A stretch of 64,000 bases of DNA from a virus. Location: IMG/VR virus record IMGVR_UViG_3300020048_000014, positions 32,001 to 96,000 of that record. One strand, written 5' to 3'. Made by a program: the position numbers and the translations under genes. Under the pieces are notes generated by a model, which worked only from the letters and a program-made list of their open reading frames with translations, had not been told where the DNA came from and searched no databases. Position 1 is the stretch's first letter, and each line of letters begins with the position of its first letter. Of the stretch, positions 35,783 through 46,106 are shown in pieces.

Positions 35783-36505
35783 TTATTCGAAAAAAGTATA
35801 ATCTATATCTATAACTATATCATCAACCGTTAATAACTTTTCATCATATTCTCTGACATTTACAATAAACTCTGTTATTTTATTGGTCATTGTGGCTGGT
35901 AATGCGTTGATTATTTTATTTCTTTCATCTGATGGCAAACTATACATATCGATCATTTTGTCACCATAGGAAATACTCTCTATAAATTTGGGTATCTCAT
36001 ATGAGAGAATTATAGACACATTATTCCCGATATCTTCAATATTATTTTTCTTTATTTCCTCGATACATCCAGAAATAAATTTATTTTCTTCCACTAGTGT
36101 CGGTATCTTCAAATTTACTACATAACCGACGCCTTCGATTGATTTATTACACTCGGCATCAAATTTTTTAAAATTTTTAATTGCTTCATTTATTTTAATC
36201 GAAGTGTCTCCAATTTGGATGGGTTTGTCAAATAAATTTTTCCTCAAAGCTAAAATAATTGGAATCCTATCATAGATTTTTAATTGTGATTCACCGCTAT
36301 TCTCTAAAATTATCTCGTTTAAATTTTTAATGAATTGCATTACACCAATCAATCCATTTAGACCAGACGTTATTAACTGTTTTTGTTGTCTAAAATTTAA
36401 TGGCGATATTTCTATTGTTTTTTTAGAAGATGTCTCAACTTTAATTTTTTTAGAATATTCTTTATCTAAAACATCTAAAAATTCTGTTAAATTATCTTTG
36501 CTCAT
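35783..36505 (-). CDS. baseplate hub assembly protein (gp26-like)
   Basis: ISPLNFRQQK, DRIPIILALR, LKIPTL; synteny. Confidence 0.55.
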   Translation of the reverse strand: MSKDNLTEFLDVLDKEYSKKIKVETSSKKTIEISPLNFRQQKQLITSGLNGLIGVMQFIKNLNEIILENSGESQLKIYDRIPIILALRKNLFDKPIQIGDTSIKINEAIKNFKKFDAECNKSIEGVGYVVNLKIPTLVEENKFISGCIEEIKKNNIEDIGNNVSIILSYEIPKFIESISYGDKMIDMYSLPSDERNKIINALPATMTNKITEFIVNVREYDEKLLTVDDIVIDIDYTFFE

Positions 36506-36546
36506 GAAGAATATTTAACATATGCGAGTGAATTGTCAATATATTA

Positions 36547-37311
36547 TCACTTTTTCGATGAATTTTCATCTTCATATAATCGAATTAAATTATCCAATTC
36601 CATCGGCGTTCTACTATTTAAAAAAGTTATATCGTTAAATCTCCTCGATAAAATAAATATCATTTCGATGATGGATTCATATTCATAATATGAATATAAA
36701 GTTTTTAATAAGTAAAATGCTGAGTTATTAAAAAAATTAACATGTATTGGCTCTAAATTAAACTTAGAATCCATTAAAATAGTGTTTTTATTATTTTTAA
36801 GAATGAATGAATTTATACCATCTATTGTACTGCCTTTAAGTTTATTGAGGATATCAAATTTTTGTGATTTGTCAAGATCTGCGAAATCTATAAATTTATC
36901 AGATATAAAAATATTTTTAATACAATCAGTGATTAAATCTTCTCTATCATCAAAATATAATTTAGATGGATAATCCAGTAAAATATCTAATCCATCTATT
37001 GACAATCTTTCTTTTATTGGTAAGATACTTGTCTTCAAAGAATTTTGAAATATATTTAAATTTAATGTAATATTACTTTCGCCATTGTTTAGTATAAGAG
37101 ATTCATTAATAAATTTAGATCTAGCAATTAATAATGAGTTAAATTTATCTATTCCTATGTTTGAATGTGTGATCTTTGACATAAGTAAATCATGTATTAC
37201 AATGTCAGATTTGTTTTCAGATGCGAATGATATATCTCTACAATCTTCCAATGTGAATGATTCTACTTTAGAATAATCACCTCCGATTAAATTATCGACC
37301 ATTATAAACAT
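36547..37311 (-). CDS. baseplate hub assembly protein (gp26/gp51-like)
   Basis: Synteny; C-terminal FLNSRTPMELDNLI. Confidence 0.5.
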   Translation of the reverse strand: MFIMVDNLIGGDYSKVESFTLEDCRDISFASENKSDIVIHDLLMSKITHSNIGIDKFNSLLIARSKFINESLILNNGESNITLNLNIFQNSLKTSILPIKERLSIDGLDILLDYPSKLYFDDREDLITDCIKNIFISDKFIDFADLDKSQKFDILNKLKGSTIDGINSFILKNNKNTILMDSKFNLEPIHVNFFNNSAFYLLKTLYSYYEYESIIEMIFILSRRFNDITFLNSRTPMELDNLIRLYEDENSSKK

Positions 37312-37351
37312 ATATTATATTCAGTTATTTTTATCAAACTCCGGTGGAATC

Positions 37352-37957
37352 CTAGGAGAATTGTTCATAATTTTGACATGCAAAAGTTACAGATTTAATT
37401 TTAAAATCGGTATTATCATAATTTAAAGTATAACCTTCTATAGCAGTCGGAAAAACTTTAGTGAATTTAAATCCCTTAATAAATTTTCCACTATTACTAT
37501 ATTGTTTTACGAGTATATTAGCCTTTAAGTTTGCTCCTCGCGCAATCAATCCTTTAATTCCTATAGCGATTAACCATGGTCTAAAAAAATTATGTTCTAT
37601 GTCCACTTGGGTTTCAAGAAAATTTATAGTAAGACCTCTATCTAGAAAATTTGACCTAGCAGTTAGCGCATATCCGGGTAAAAATCCACCAGTATTTACC
37701 CCGCTGGGATGTGCATCAAATGTAGAAGATTCTCTTGGTAATGTTATCTCTTGCGCTACTAAGATAGTGTTAGTTTTTATATATGATGCGGGATCTACTC
37801 TCGCATTCCAAGATTCTCCAGCATCTTGTAGAATTTGATTAATAGATGATTTCTCCACTCCGTCTATAGTAACAGTCCATAGAACTGGAAGATTTAAAAA
37901 ATATTTTTCATCATTAGAAAAAGCTGAGAAAAATTCATTAATATTGGGACCAGACAT
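37352..37957 (-). CDS. tail-tube-like protein (gp54/gp19 fold)
   Basis: LTINFLET, FFRPW, FKFTKVFPTAI. Confidence 0.65.
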   Translation of the reverse strand: MSGPNINEFFSAFSNDEKYFLNLPVLWTVTIDGVEKSSINQILQDAGESWNARVDPASYIKTNTILVAQEITLPRESSTFDAHPSGVNTGGFLPGYALTARSNFLDRGLTINFLETQVDIEHNFFRPWLIAIGIKGLIARGANLKANILVKQYSNSGKFIKGFKFTKVFPTAIEGYTLNYDNTDFKIKSVTFACQNYEQFS

Positions 37958-37981
37958 TTAAATTATTTAATCATAAAATAA

Positions 37982-38015
37982 AAAATCGCAATGACACTTA
38001 AGCCATTGCGATTTT
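37982..38015 (-). terminator. intrinsic terminator after tail tube gene
   Basis: AAAATCGCAATG-N10-CATTGCGATTTT with T run. Confidence 0.7.
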
Positions 38016-38033
38016 AATAAATAGTATTTTAAT

Positions 38034-38618
38034 TTATAATGCCCCGCCGAATGTGAAGTCTTCATACCAGTGATATGACCAAGTGGTGGGTAAAGTTTTA
38101 ACTTCCCCCGTGCCATCAGCAATTTGATATTCTACCGCACCAATAGTTCTAATATTAGCACCGATTAGTTTTATTTCTCTGGCGACCTGTAAACCAGCCC
38201 CACCAGCATTTCCTGTTCCGCATGGAATGCTCAATACTTGTAATTGGACCCAGCTATCGTCACCCGGCATACACATCTGACCAGATGTGGTGTCATTATC
38301 GAATGTTTTTCTGGAAATGGTTTCCAATTTTCCACGAAGATCTAAGCTTTGATCCATATAGAACTCAATCGGATAAGATTCAGAACCGGGATATGAGGAT
38401 TTACCATTTAAGTGAAAGGTTTGCCCAGAATAGTTTACTAATTTATCCTCGATATCTCTTCCGGGTAAAGTGGCAGTTCTAGCGAATACTAGATCATCGT
38501 CGCCCAATAGCTCCATCCCAACTACTTTGATAGAAGTAACTCTCATGAAAAAATCACGAGAAAATTGTTTACTTCCAGCAATGCTATAAAATTTATTAAT
38601 GTCTACAATATCAGCCAT
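38034..38618 (-). CDS. tail tube protein (gp19-like)
   Basis: ARTATLPGRDI, YSGQTFHLNG, TTWSYHWYE; directly after the sheath. Confidence 0.8.
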   Translation of the reverse strand: MADIVDINKFYSIAGSKQFSRDFFMRVTSIKVVGMELLGDDDLVFARTATLPGRDIEDKLVNYSGQTFHLNGKSSYPGSESYPIEFYMDQSLDLRGKLETISRKTFDNDTTSGQMCMPGDDSWVQLQVLSIPCGTGNAGGAGLQVAREIKLIGANIRTIGAVEYQIADGTGEVKTLPTTWSYHWYEDFTFGGAL

Positions 38619-38718
38619 ATTATTATTTAGTTATTTGATATGCAAAAACTAAATTTCCGCAATCTTTAATATTTTCTTTAATTATCTGATCGTCTGCCAT
38701 GAAGTTAATTCATTTGGG

Positions 38719-38760
38719 AAAAAAAGAAAAGCAAGGATTAATCCTTGCTTTTCTTTTTTT
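38719..38760. terminator. 42-bp perfect palindrome / bidirectional terminator after the sheath gene
   Basis: AAAAAAAGAAAAGCAAGGATT|AATCCTTGCTTTTCTTTTTTT. Confidence 0.75.
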
Positions 38761-41521
38761 AGATGAGTTCGTTGAAGTTCGTATCTGTGCGAGTAGCTGT
38801 AAATGTAACGATTATAAATTCCGCAGTTCTTACAGGTTTGATATAAATATCAGCTTTCATTTCATTGGAATCAATAACTTCTGGGGGATTATTTCTGTCG
38901 TCGCATACAATCAAGTAATCGTAAAGACCACCATTCTGTTTAGCATATTCGAATATCGGAGTTAGGGTATTAACAAATCTAGTTCTTGTGAACGCATTGT
39001 TTGGTTCAAAGACAAAGAAGATAGAAGCTTTTTTGGTAGGTCTTTCAAGAGCTAAGAAAAGTCTACGAACATTAATTCTATCAAATGCGCTTGGTTTTTT
39101 ACTCATGGTCTTCTGACCAAAGATAGCCATACCTTGTGAAGGACTGAATAGGACAGGGTTTATATTACTCTTATAAAGCTCATCACGTTGCTTTTGATTA
39201 GGTGTGATTGCGATATCGACCACATTACCACTTACAAGACCTCTGGTGTAGCCAGCAGGGGCAGACCAAGGGAATTCAGCGGCATCATTGCGAGCATAGG
39301 TAGCACCCGCCACAGAGGAGAATGGCACCCAAATCTTATCACCAAGGAATTCATCATATACTTGCGCCCAGTTTGCATAGACAGCAGCATAAGAAGTATT
39401 CTCATTTTCTAATTGATGCCTCATCGCCCAATAGATATGTTGTTGGAAATTTTTAGATCTATCAGTAAGAACTTTTGTATTCTTACCAGTAATCATAATT
39501 TGACGGATCGGATCAGCGATGAACATACAGTCACCGCGACCACCAGTATTACTCGGAAGATTACAGAAGTTTTCGAAGGTATTGAAGATTACGCTATAAT
39601 TAGAGCGAATATCTCCACCGACCGAATCCAGAGCATTTGATGTTCTAAGCCTGTCAATAGCCGCACTCATTGCAGATGTATATAAAGTGTCATCATAGTA
39701 AGTAGTGCTTAATGATTCTATACCATCAATTGCTAGAAGATTAGTCATGGTGTGAATAGTCCCAAGACCAGCTTCGACAACCACATCGATGTCATAGATT
39801 TCATCATTCTTAACTGCTTCAAGAGCACGTTCCAGTTTGCTTGGAATTGAACCGAGGAGTTTGGAGGTTACTTGGGGATTAGAATAAGCACCTACAGGGT
39901 AAAGATTGTCGGCGTATCCAAGATTAGCACTGAGAGTTGGATATGCGCCAGCAGCAATACCAGAGATAGTAGAGGATACTCCAGCAAGATTGCGGGTAAG
40001 AACCCGAATTTTTTTCTTGGGATTACCTTCAGCATCAATAGCAGTTCCACCAAACTTATTAGATAACCAAGGATTTACTAGAATTTCAACATTCCGATCA
40101 TCAGTATCCAAAGATTCGAGGAAGAATGATGTTTGTGGTCCACCAGTAGGATTGAGACGCTTTCTATAAGAATCGATAGAACCAGTAATCTTACCATCAA
40201 GAACATAATCGATCTTATATGCTTCAGTGGCATATAAACTCTTACGAAGTTTAAATACGCCAATATTTAGAAGATCGTCATCATCTCTACCATCGATGTT
40301 GTAATCTGTAAGACCTTCGAGAACTTGAGAGATACTGGTTGGTGAACCTGCGGTATTACTTGAAGACAACGCAAAATCCAAAGTTCCGTTTGGAATTGTG
40401 GTGTAATCTACTGTCACGTTATTAACAGGAACCCCAGTAAACTTAGAAGACATGCTAACAGTTTTAGCACCTACGATAGCATTGAATGGAGATGCTGGGT
40501 TGATATTGGAGTTATCAGCCATACCGACATAATAACCTTCAAATTGACTATTGATGCTTGTCTGTGATTTATTAAGAATAATAAGACCAGCTTTACCCAA
40601 GGCTGGTAGCGTGGACAGACCATTGTGATTACAACCACTTGCAGACCATGTGAAGAGAGATCCATCTTGTGCTTGATTATATTCATTCTCAGTTAGGGAA
40701 ACATGAACAGGATCACCGAGAACATACACCCCATCGGTTATGTTTAAGTTTTCACTAACACCAGCACCTACACTAATTGCGCTCGTCGCGGCGGTAATAT
40801 TGAAGATATCCCCCTCGTCGTCAAGACCACTTACTAGAGACGCACTAGTCGATGCTACCATACTATATGGAACGTATCCAGCCAGAAATATAGTAAATGA
40901 TGAGGTATCACCAGTAGTAGTTACTACTTCTGGATTAACAGTAGACAATGATATCGTAGTTCTTGTTTTAGAAATAACTAGTGCATGAGTATCATTACTA
41001 TTAACTGGGACGACAATGTTTCCTGATCTAGCAGGAACTGCTCCATTTATTGAATAGACTACAGTTTTACTCAAGCCACCACTGGTTTGAAACGAGAACG
41101 CCGCACCGGATAATACTGACGCACTTAATGTATTAGAATATGATAGATCAATTTTGAAATAAGTCACACCTGTGAACGAAGAACCTGAATATGTATTAAC
41201 TGGATATGCCAATGCGGAATATTCAGATCCAAAACCTGCACCAGCACCTTCCCCATAAGGAAGTCTAAAAGTATAGATGTTTGCAGGAGAATTTAGTAAT
41301 TCTCTAATACCGTGATAAAAATACCTTTCAGCAGAATTGGTCGGAACACCATAAATTGCTAATAATTCATCATTCGATGATATTTTTAAAACCTCATCTG
41401 TTGGTCCTTGTGAGCTGTATCCAGCAATGAATAAATTTGTGCCAATATTGGTTGGTGCTATTAATGAAAGATCGCGTTCACGAATTTCTACGCCCGCACT
41501 CTGTATAGTTCTAGTTGCCAT
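38759..41521 (-). CDS. tail sheath protein (gp18-like)
   Basis: SAGVEIRERDLS, PWSAPAGYTRG, FDRINVRRLFL, FVFEPNNAFTR, IYIKPVRTAEFI. Confidence 0.95.
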   Translation of the reverse strand: MATRTIQSAGVEIRERDLSLIAPTNIGTNLFIAGYSSQGPTDEVLKISSNDELLAIYGVPTNSAERYFYHGIRELLNSPANIYTFRLPYGEGAGAGFGSEYSALAYPVNTYSGSSFTGVTYFKIDLSYSNTLSASVLSGAAFSFQTSGGLSKTVVYSINGAVPARSGNIVVPVNSNDTHALVISKTRTTISLSTVNPEVVTTTGDTSSFTIFLAGYVPYSMVASTSASLVSGLDDEGDIFNITAATSAISVGAGVSENLNITDGVYVLGDPVHVSLTENEYNQAQDGSLFTWSASGCNHNGLSTLPALGKAGLIILNKSQTSINSQFEGYYVGMADNSNINPASPFNAIVGAKTVSMSSKFTGVPVNNVTVDYTTIPNGTLDFALSSSNTAGSPTSISQVLEGLTDYNIDGRDDDDLLNIGVFKLRKSLYATEAYKIDYVLDGKITGSIDSYRKRLNPTGGPQTSFFLESLDTDDRNVEILVNPWLSNKFGGTAIDAEGNPKKKIRVLTRNLAGVSSTISGIAAGAYPTLSANLGYADNLYPVGAYSNPQVTSKLLGSIPSKLERALEAVKNDEIYDIDVVVEAGLGTIHTMTNLLAIDGIESLSTTYYDDTLYTSAMSAAIDRLRTSNALDSVGGDIRSNYSVIFNTFENFCNLPSNTGGRGDCMFIADPIRQIMITGKNTKVLTDRSKNFQQHIYWAMRHQLENENTSYAAVYANWAQVYDEFLGDKIWVPFSSVAGATYARNDAAEFPWSAPAGYTRGLVSGNVVDIAITPNQKQRDELYKSNINPVLFSPSQGMAIFGQKTMSKKPSAFDRINVRRLFLALERPTKKASIFFVFEPNNAFTRTRFVNTLTPIFEYAKQNGGLYDYLIVCDDRNNPPEVIDSNEMKADIYIKPVRTAEFIIVTFTATRTDTNFNELI

Positions 41522-41568
41522 ATCACTTATTTAGCAATTTTCATCTACAAATTTTAAACTATTAAATA

Positions 41569-41967
41569 ATGAGCAAAAAAAATTTGATTTACGAAAATTA
41601 TTTGATATTATTTCCTCATATGGAAAACACAGAGACACCGAAAGTATATTTAAAATATTATCTACGAAAAAACCCACTCTTTGAAAAAGATTACACCAAA
41701 GACGAACTTATCGCTTTGGTAGAAACCGAGTATGCCAATGAGAGGGAGCGATATTCTCATGACCCCCAGAAAACCTATTTACACACTAAAGCTGAATTAT
41801 GGGATATGAACAAAACATTTATAGCTGAATTTTCACAATACCCATTTTCACTCGAAAGGACAGCGATCATGGCTTCAGAAGAAGCGAAAATAATGGAAAG
41901 GGTTGAAAAATCTGAAGGATTCGTAAGATGGGTTGATAAAGATGATTTCGATGTGGCGAGTGCTTGA
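41569..41967 (+). CDS. hypothetical protein
   Basis: ORF track. Confidence 0.65.
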   Translation: MSKKNLIYENYLILFPHMENTETPKVYLKYYLRKNPLFEKDYTKDELIALVETEYANERERYSHDPQKTYLHTKAELWDMNKTFIAEFSQYPFSLERTAIMASEEAKIMERVEKSEGFVRWVDKDDFDVASA

Positions 41968-42013
41968 CTCTCAAACTTTATAGAAAAATCAAAGCAATTT
42001 TAAAAAATAAATT

Positions 42014-42190
42014 ATGAATAAAGAATATATTGAATGTAAACCGACAACGATAGTATATGGCACAGAACCATTAGGACCGGAACTTATAGCTAAATTGGAA
42101 GCACTTGAGTCTATTCCGTTCGATGCCTTTTGGGATGAAGGTAAGAAAGCTCTTATGATTAATAAAGATGAATTTATGAATAATCCGTGA
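42014..42190 (+). CDS. small hypothetical protein (58 aa)
   Basis: MNKEYIECKPTTIVYGTEPLGPELIAKLEALE...; below ORF-track cutoff. Confidence 0.5.
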   Translation: MNKEYIECKPTTIVYGTEPLGPELIAKLEALESIPFDAFWDEGKKALMINKDEFMNNP

Positions 42191-42761
42191 CCAACTCTGT
42201 GTGTAATTGAGAGAATAGGAAATCGAATCCGCTTTTGAGTTCGACACCCTCTGAACCCTGTTGCTGATATGTGATACCTTTTAAAGTTGTTGGGAATGCT
42301 TTAGTATATGTAAACTTAATTTTCTTATTTAAAAATTCGTCCAATCCGTAAATTGTCATATTTGTTTGGTAATCATTAAAATTACCATCAACAGGAATAT
42401 TTCCTTGATTATATACACCAGTTTTCTGATCGTGTAGTAAATTTAGCCAAGAATAAATCACCCAGTAGTTATTATATTCTGAATCGATAACAAAATCTAT
42501 ACTAATTGGAGGATATGAATCTTTACTGAATGATGATTGATATAGTGTAGATCCAGCGAATCTAGTTTCTACTCCTTTTACTGTGATATCAGGAACAATA
42601 CTTCCAAATATAGAAAACTGCACACTATCAGGATTGAGATGTTTATTATCTCTTTGATATGTGGACATTGAAGGTTTGAGTATTGGGGGAATATCAAATA
42701 CTAGAAGGAATTTGTCTTCTCTTGCTTTGTTTAAATAAGAGGATTTTACAATGTCGGACAT
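42174..42761 (-). CDS. tail completion/tube terminator (gp3-like)
   Basis: KFLLVFDIP, FSIFGSIVPDI, ISIDFVIDSEYNNYWVIYSWL, AFPTTL. Confidence 0.65.
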   Translation of the reverse strand: MSDIVKSSYLNKAREDKFLLVFDIPPILKPSMSTYQRDNKHLNPDSVQFSIFGSIVPDITVKGVETRFAGSTLYQSSFSKDSYPPISIDFVIDSEYNNYWVIYSWLNLLHDQKTGVYNQGNIPVDGNFNDYQTNMTIYGLDEFLNKKIKFTYTKAFPTTLKGITYQQQGSEGVELKSGFDFLFSQLHTELVTDYS

Positions 42762-42774
42762 ATAATCTATTTAA

Positions 42775-44586
42775 TTAAGTAAACCAGCGATTCATTGCAT
42801 CATAAGATTCTTGTGACATGGATCTACTCGGATCAACATGAGGCATACCACCGTTTAATGATTGCCACCCGTCTGCTAATAATCCAGCCATTTCATCATC
42901 ACCTTCCCCAAACGCACCAAATGCCATTGGAGACAAATTAGAATTTTCAATTCTGTCTACTTGTTCATTGGTATATATAGAGGTAGCATTTTCGAAATAT
43001 TTTATACCGTGATCATACGGAGAAATCTTCAAAGGTTTACCATAGTCGTCTAATTCATCGATTTCAAAATAAATTTCCGTGATCTCATTGAATAGAATCA
43101 TCAATGCCCAAACGAAAGCCATAACTCGGTCATCATGTTCTCCCCCCTTAGCTTTCCATGTTCCATTAGGATAACGAACAAAAGTTTTAAACTCATTTAG
43201 TGTATTGATACTTCTAAATGTCACATTCCTCATCTCATTAATGAAGTATCTTTGATTAAGAATTGCGGAATGCTTGGTATTAGTATGAGATATAACACCA
43301 TATTGAACATTCATTCTATTTGCTTTTTTAGCTCCCCATGATACTACTTTCTCGTAGCCAAAATCAATAGCTAATCGATCACAAACCTGACCACCTTGAT
43401 TATTTCTTTCGATTAATACTAGCGGGCTACCCCAGTTTAATAATATATCATGTAATTTATTAGAAAACTCTGCGGGAGCTATTTGATTATTATGATACTC
43501 CGCTACTTGTTGTATATCTCTTAAATCTGTAATATCTAATATTTGAATAACTGATGCATCTCCACCAACACCTTCAGCAACGTCTACTCCTGCAACATAT
43601 AATCTACTAGCATCAGGGTCTTCCCAGATTTTATAATGTCCTTCATCCAATAAATGTCTAGGTTCTGTGCATCGTTGTTTGAGGTTGTCAAAAAGTTCAA
43701 CATCAATGGCGGCGGTTCCATCATCACTGAAATGACATTCGTATTCTTGCTTGAAAGCTTCATATGATCCAAGTTTAGCAATTTCTTTTTTCTTCCATGC
43801 TTCATCTCTTCCGGGAATCTCTGTCCACATCACCTCCTCGGCATGGAACTCGTTCCAATCGTCCGTTCCCTCTTTAGTTGCGGCATCATAGTATCTAAAG
43901 AATACATTATTCTTGCCTTTGGGAGTCGATGTTATTAAAATTCTGGAAGTCTTGGCTCTTGAAATAGTCGGTATAACCGATTTCATGAAATCTTCGACAA
44001 TACTTTCGGGTTCAATGAAGGCAAGCTCGTCCAATAAAAGTAATTGAATGGTTTGTCCTCTGGCAGCAGATCCAGTAGTGGTCGATATACCTATAACACT
44101 ACCATTAGCAAATTCCGAACTTTCTTGCCCCCAAGTTACAACCGCAGGCTTCAACCATACTGGTAATTCTTGATAAGCAAGCTTAACTCTTTTAAAGATC
44201 ATTTTTGCGGTATCTTCTTTGTTTGCAACAATGACCGTGTTTTTATGGTCGTGGAAACAAGTGAACCATAGTGCTAATATAGTAAGCACTGTAGTTTTTC
44301 CTGATTGACGGCTCGACAATACAATATTGAATCGATTCTCTTTAAACGCTTTGAGTAATCTTAATTGATAAGGTAAAAGCGGAATCAGCATTTTTCCTAA
44401 ATCTGGTTCAATGATGTAGAAGTAATTTTGCGCGAAGTATACAAGATCATTTTTACATTTGTCGATCTCTTCCACCATCGCTGGAGTATATTCAAACCTA
44501 GCTTCTGATGAGGGTAGATTAGGATTACCTAGATACATTTCTCTTTTAGAGAGTTTCGGATCTTTTATTTTAGCGGGTCGTCCCAT
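42775..44586 (-). CDS. terminase large subunit (gp17-like)
   Basis: SSRQSGKTT, LLLDELAF, TSTPKG, QEYEC, GVDVAEG, HDDRVMA. Confidence 0.95.
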   Translation of the reverse strand: MGRPAKIKDPKLSKREMYLGNPNLPSSEARFEYTPAMVEEIDKCKNDLVYFAQNYFYIIEPDLGKMLIPLLPYQLRLLKAFKENRFNIVLSSRQSGKTTVLTILALWFTCFHDHKNTVIVANKEDTAKMIFKRVKLAYQELPVWLKPAVVTWGQESSEFANGSVIGISTTTGSAARGQTIQLLLLDELAFIEPESIVEDFMKSVIPTISRAKTSRILITSTPKGKNNVFFRYYDAATKEGTDDWNEFHAEEVMWTEIPGRDEAWKKKEIAKLGSYEAFKQEYECHFSDDGTAAIDVELFDNLKQRCTEPRHLLDEGHYKIWEDPDASRLYVAGVDVAEGVGGDASVIQILDITDLRDIQQVAEYHNNQIAPAEFSNKLHDILLNWGSPLVLIERNNQGGQVCDRLAIDFGYEKVVSWGAKKANRMNVQYGVISHTNTKHSAILNQRYFINEMRNVTFRSINTLNEFKTFVRYPNGTWKAKGGEHDDRVMAFVWALMILFNEITEIYFEIDELDDYGKPLKISPYDHGIKYFENATSIYTNEQVDRIENSNLSPMAFGAFGEGDDEMAGLLADGWQSLNGGMPHVDPSRSMSQESYDAMNRWFT

Positions 44587-44626
44587 TTTTGTATTTACTA
44601 AATTATCTTTATTAAATATAGATATT

Positions 44627-45235
44627 ATGATGATGAGTCAATTCGATATTCTACAAGAGACATTAGGAGTCAAACATTTAAATCCTGATGGTAAAAGAAA
44701 AGAACGGAGAATAAAAAGACTTAATTCTTGGAAGATTAGAGATTCTAAGAATCCTAGAGAAAAGTTCATAGAATTAAAAAATCTTTTGAAGGGATTAGGA
44801 TATAAGATAATAAAGGTTGAAAGACAGTCGGCACATACCATTAGAAATAAGCGAATAGTTGCACTAGAGAAGACACCCGAATTGAGAAGGGGTTCAAACA
44901 CTCCAAGATACCATAATCAATTATATACACTAGCACATGAAACAGGACACGTTCTTCAATGGGATAATGTGACAAACATTAAAAATTTAAGTAATTTTTT
45001 CTTCAATAGAATATATCAGTCTTCAAATGAAGAGGCTGAAAAATTTTTACAAACTATTTTTTATGAACTAGATGCATGGGAAAAAGGAGAGCAATTCATA
45101 CCTAAAGAGTTGTTAGATGGATACTACAACGATGCTAGATGGGCGATTGGGACATATATGAGAAATAAACCAATCGATGTAAATTTAGATGATTATGATT
45201 TCTTGAAACCTTTGCTCGATAAGTTTTTACGATAA
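44627..45235 (+). CDS. HExxH metallopeptidase-like protein
   Basis: TLAHETGH with downstream ELDAW. Confidence 0.55.
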   Translation: MMMSQFDILQETLGVKHLNPDGKRKERRIKRLNSWKIRDSKNPREKFIELKNLLKGLGYKIIKVERQSAHTIRNKRIVALEKTPELRRGSNTPRYHNQLYTLAHETGHVLQWDNVTNIKNLSNFFFNRIYQSSNEEAEKFLQTIFYELDAWEKGEQFIPKELLDGYYNDARWAIGTYMRNKPIDVNLDDYDFLKPLLDKFLR

Positions 45236-46072
45236 ACAAGCCGGAATAGCTATTTCATTCCCAAATCCTTTCAATTCAGAAATTTCTACCTTAGTTGGAA
45301 TAATGCCTCTATATTTTTCTTTATATTCTCTTAAGGGTCTAGCGGATCTAGCCGAATACCACCATACCAGATTACCTTGAACCATGTCAGAATGTTTAAA
45401 TTCTAAATCTGAAACTCTCCATCCTTCTTCTGATGATTCTCTGATAGCAGCTTCCATAGGATCTTCACCGGGATCGACCTTACCCCCCGGAAGACCCACC
45501 TTAACTCCCTTATCGTCCGATGCTCTATCTTTTGGTCTGGTTGTTGCAGCAATATTTCCGTCAGGAAATTGATATACTACAAAAACTGCAAATGGTGAAG
45601 CATTCACCGATTCTTTATAATATTTATCGGATGCTACATATCTACTTTCAGTTCCCGTATAATTTCCATCGTAATCATATACTGGATATTCTTCGTATTG
45701 TCTTTTTATTTCTGGATAAAATTCCCTAATATATTTAATTGTTTTTTTTTGTGCCGGGGTTTTTGGATTTATATGATCACATAAAAATTCGTTGAATTCT
45801 CCTTTCACTATTCTAACCCACCCTTTTTTCAGTAATATATCAGATGCGTCAACATCTTCTGGTATATCCATGATAATTAATCTATTTGCTACCTCATCAT
45901 GTTGCGCCCAACCTTTAACAATTTCGAGATTTCCACTTCTATCCATCCAGAATCCATATGGGGGATATCTTGGCAATTTTTTTAAATTGTTTATTTCTAA
46001 TGGATGAGTGAAGTTAGATTCATTCACGATTCCAACGTTATACATATAAAAAAAATTAGAAAATCTCATCAT
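45227..46072 (-). CDS. Nudix hydrolase with N-terminal accessory domain
   Basis: GLPGGKVDPGEDPMEAAIRESSEEG Nudix box. Confidence 0.8.
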   Translation of the reverse strand: MMRFSNFFYMYNVGIVNESNFTHPLEINNLKKLPRYPPYGFWMDRSGNLEIVKGWAQHDEVANRLIIMDIPEDVDASDILLKKGWVRIVKGEFNEFLCDHINPKTPAQKKTIKYIREFYPEIKRQYEEYPVYDYDGNYTGTESRYVASDKYYKESVNASPFAVFVVYQFPDGNIAATTRPKDRASDDKGVKVGLPGGKVDPGEDPMEAAIRESSEEGWRVSDLEFKHSDMVQGNLVWWYSARSARPLREYKEKYRGIIPTKVEISELKGFGNEIAIPACLS

Positions 46073-46106
46073 AACAATTATTTAGTTATTAATATTAAAT
46101 ACATAT

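Noticed and set aside
29598-36790. Further TAAAACACTA matches (about 29600, 35060, 36780)
   Set aside because: No -10 box at the 3-nt spacing, and they lie inside coding sequence; treated as chance matches.
42775-44586. Intron or intein in the terminase
   Set aside because: Single 603-aa ORF with motifs at normal spacing.
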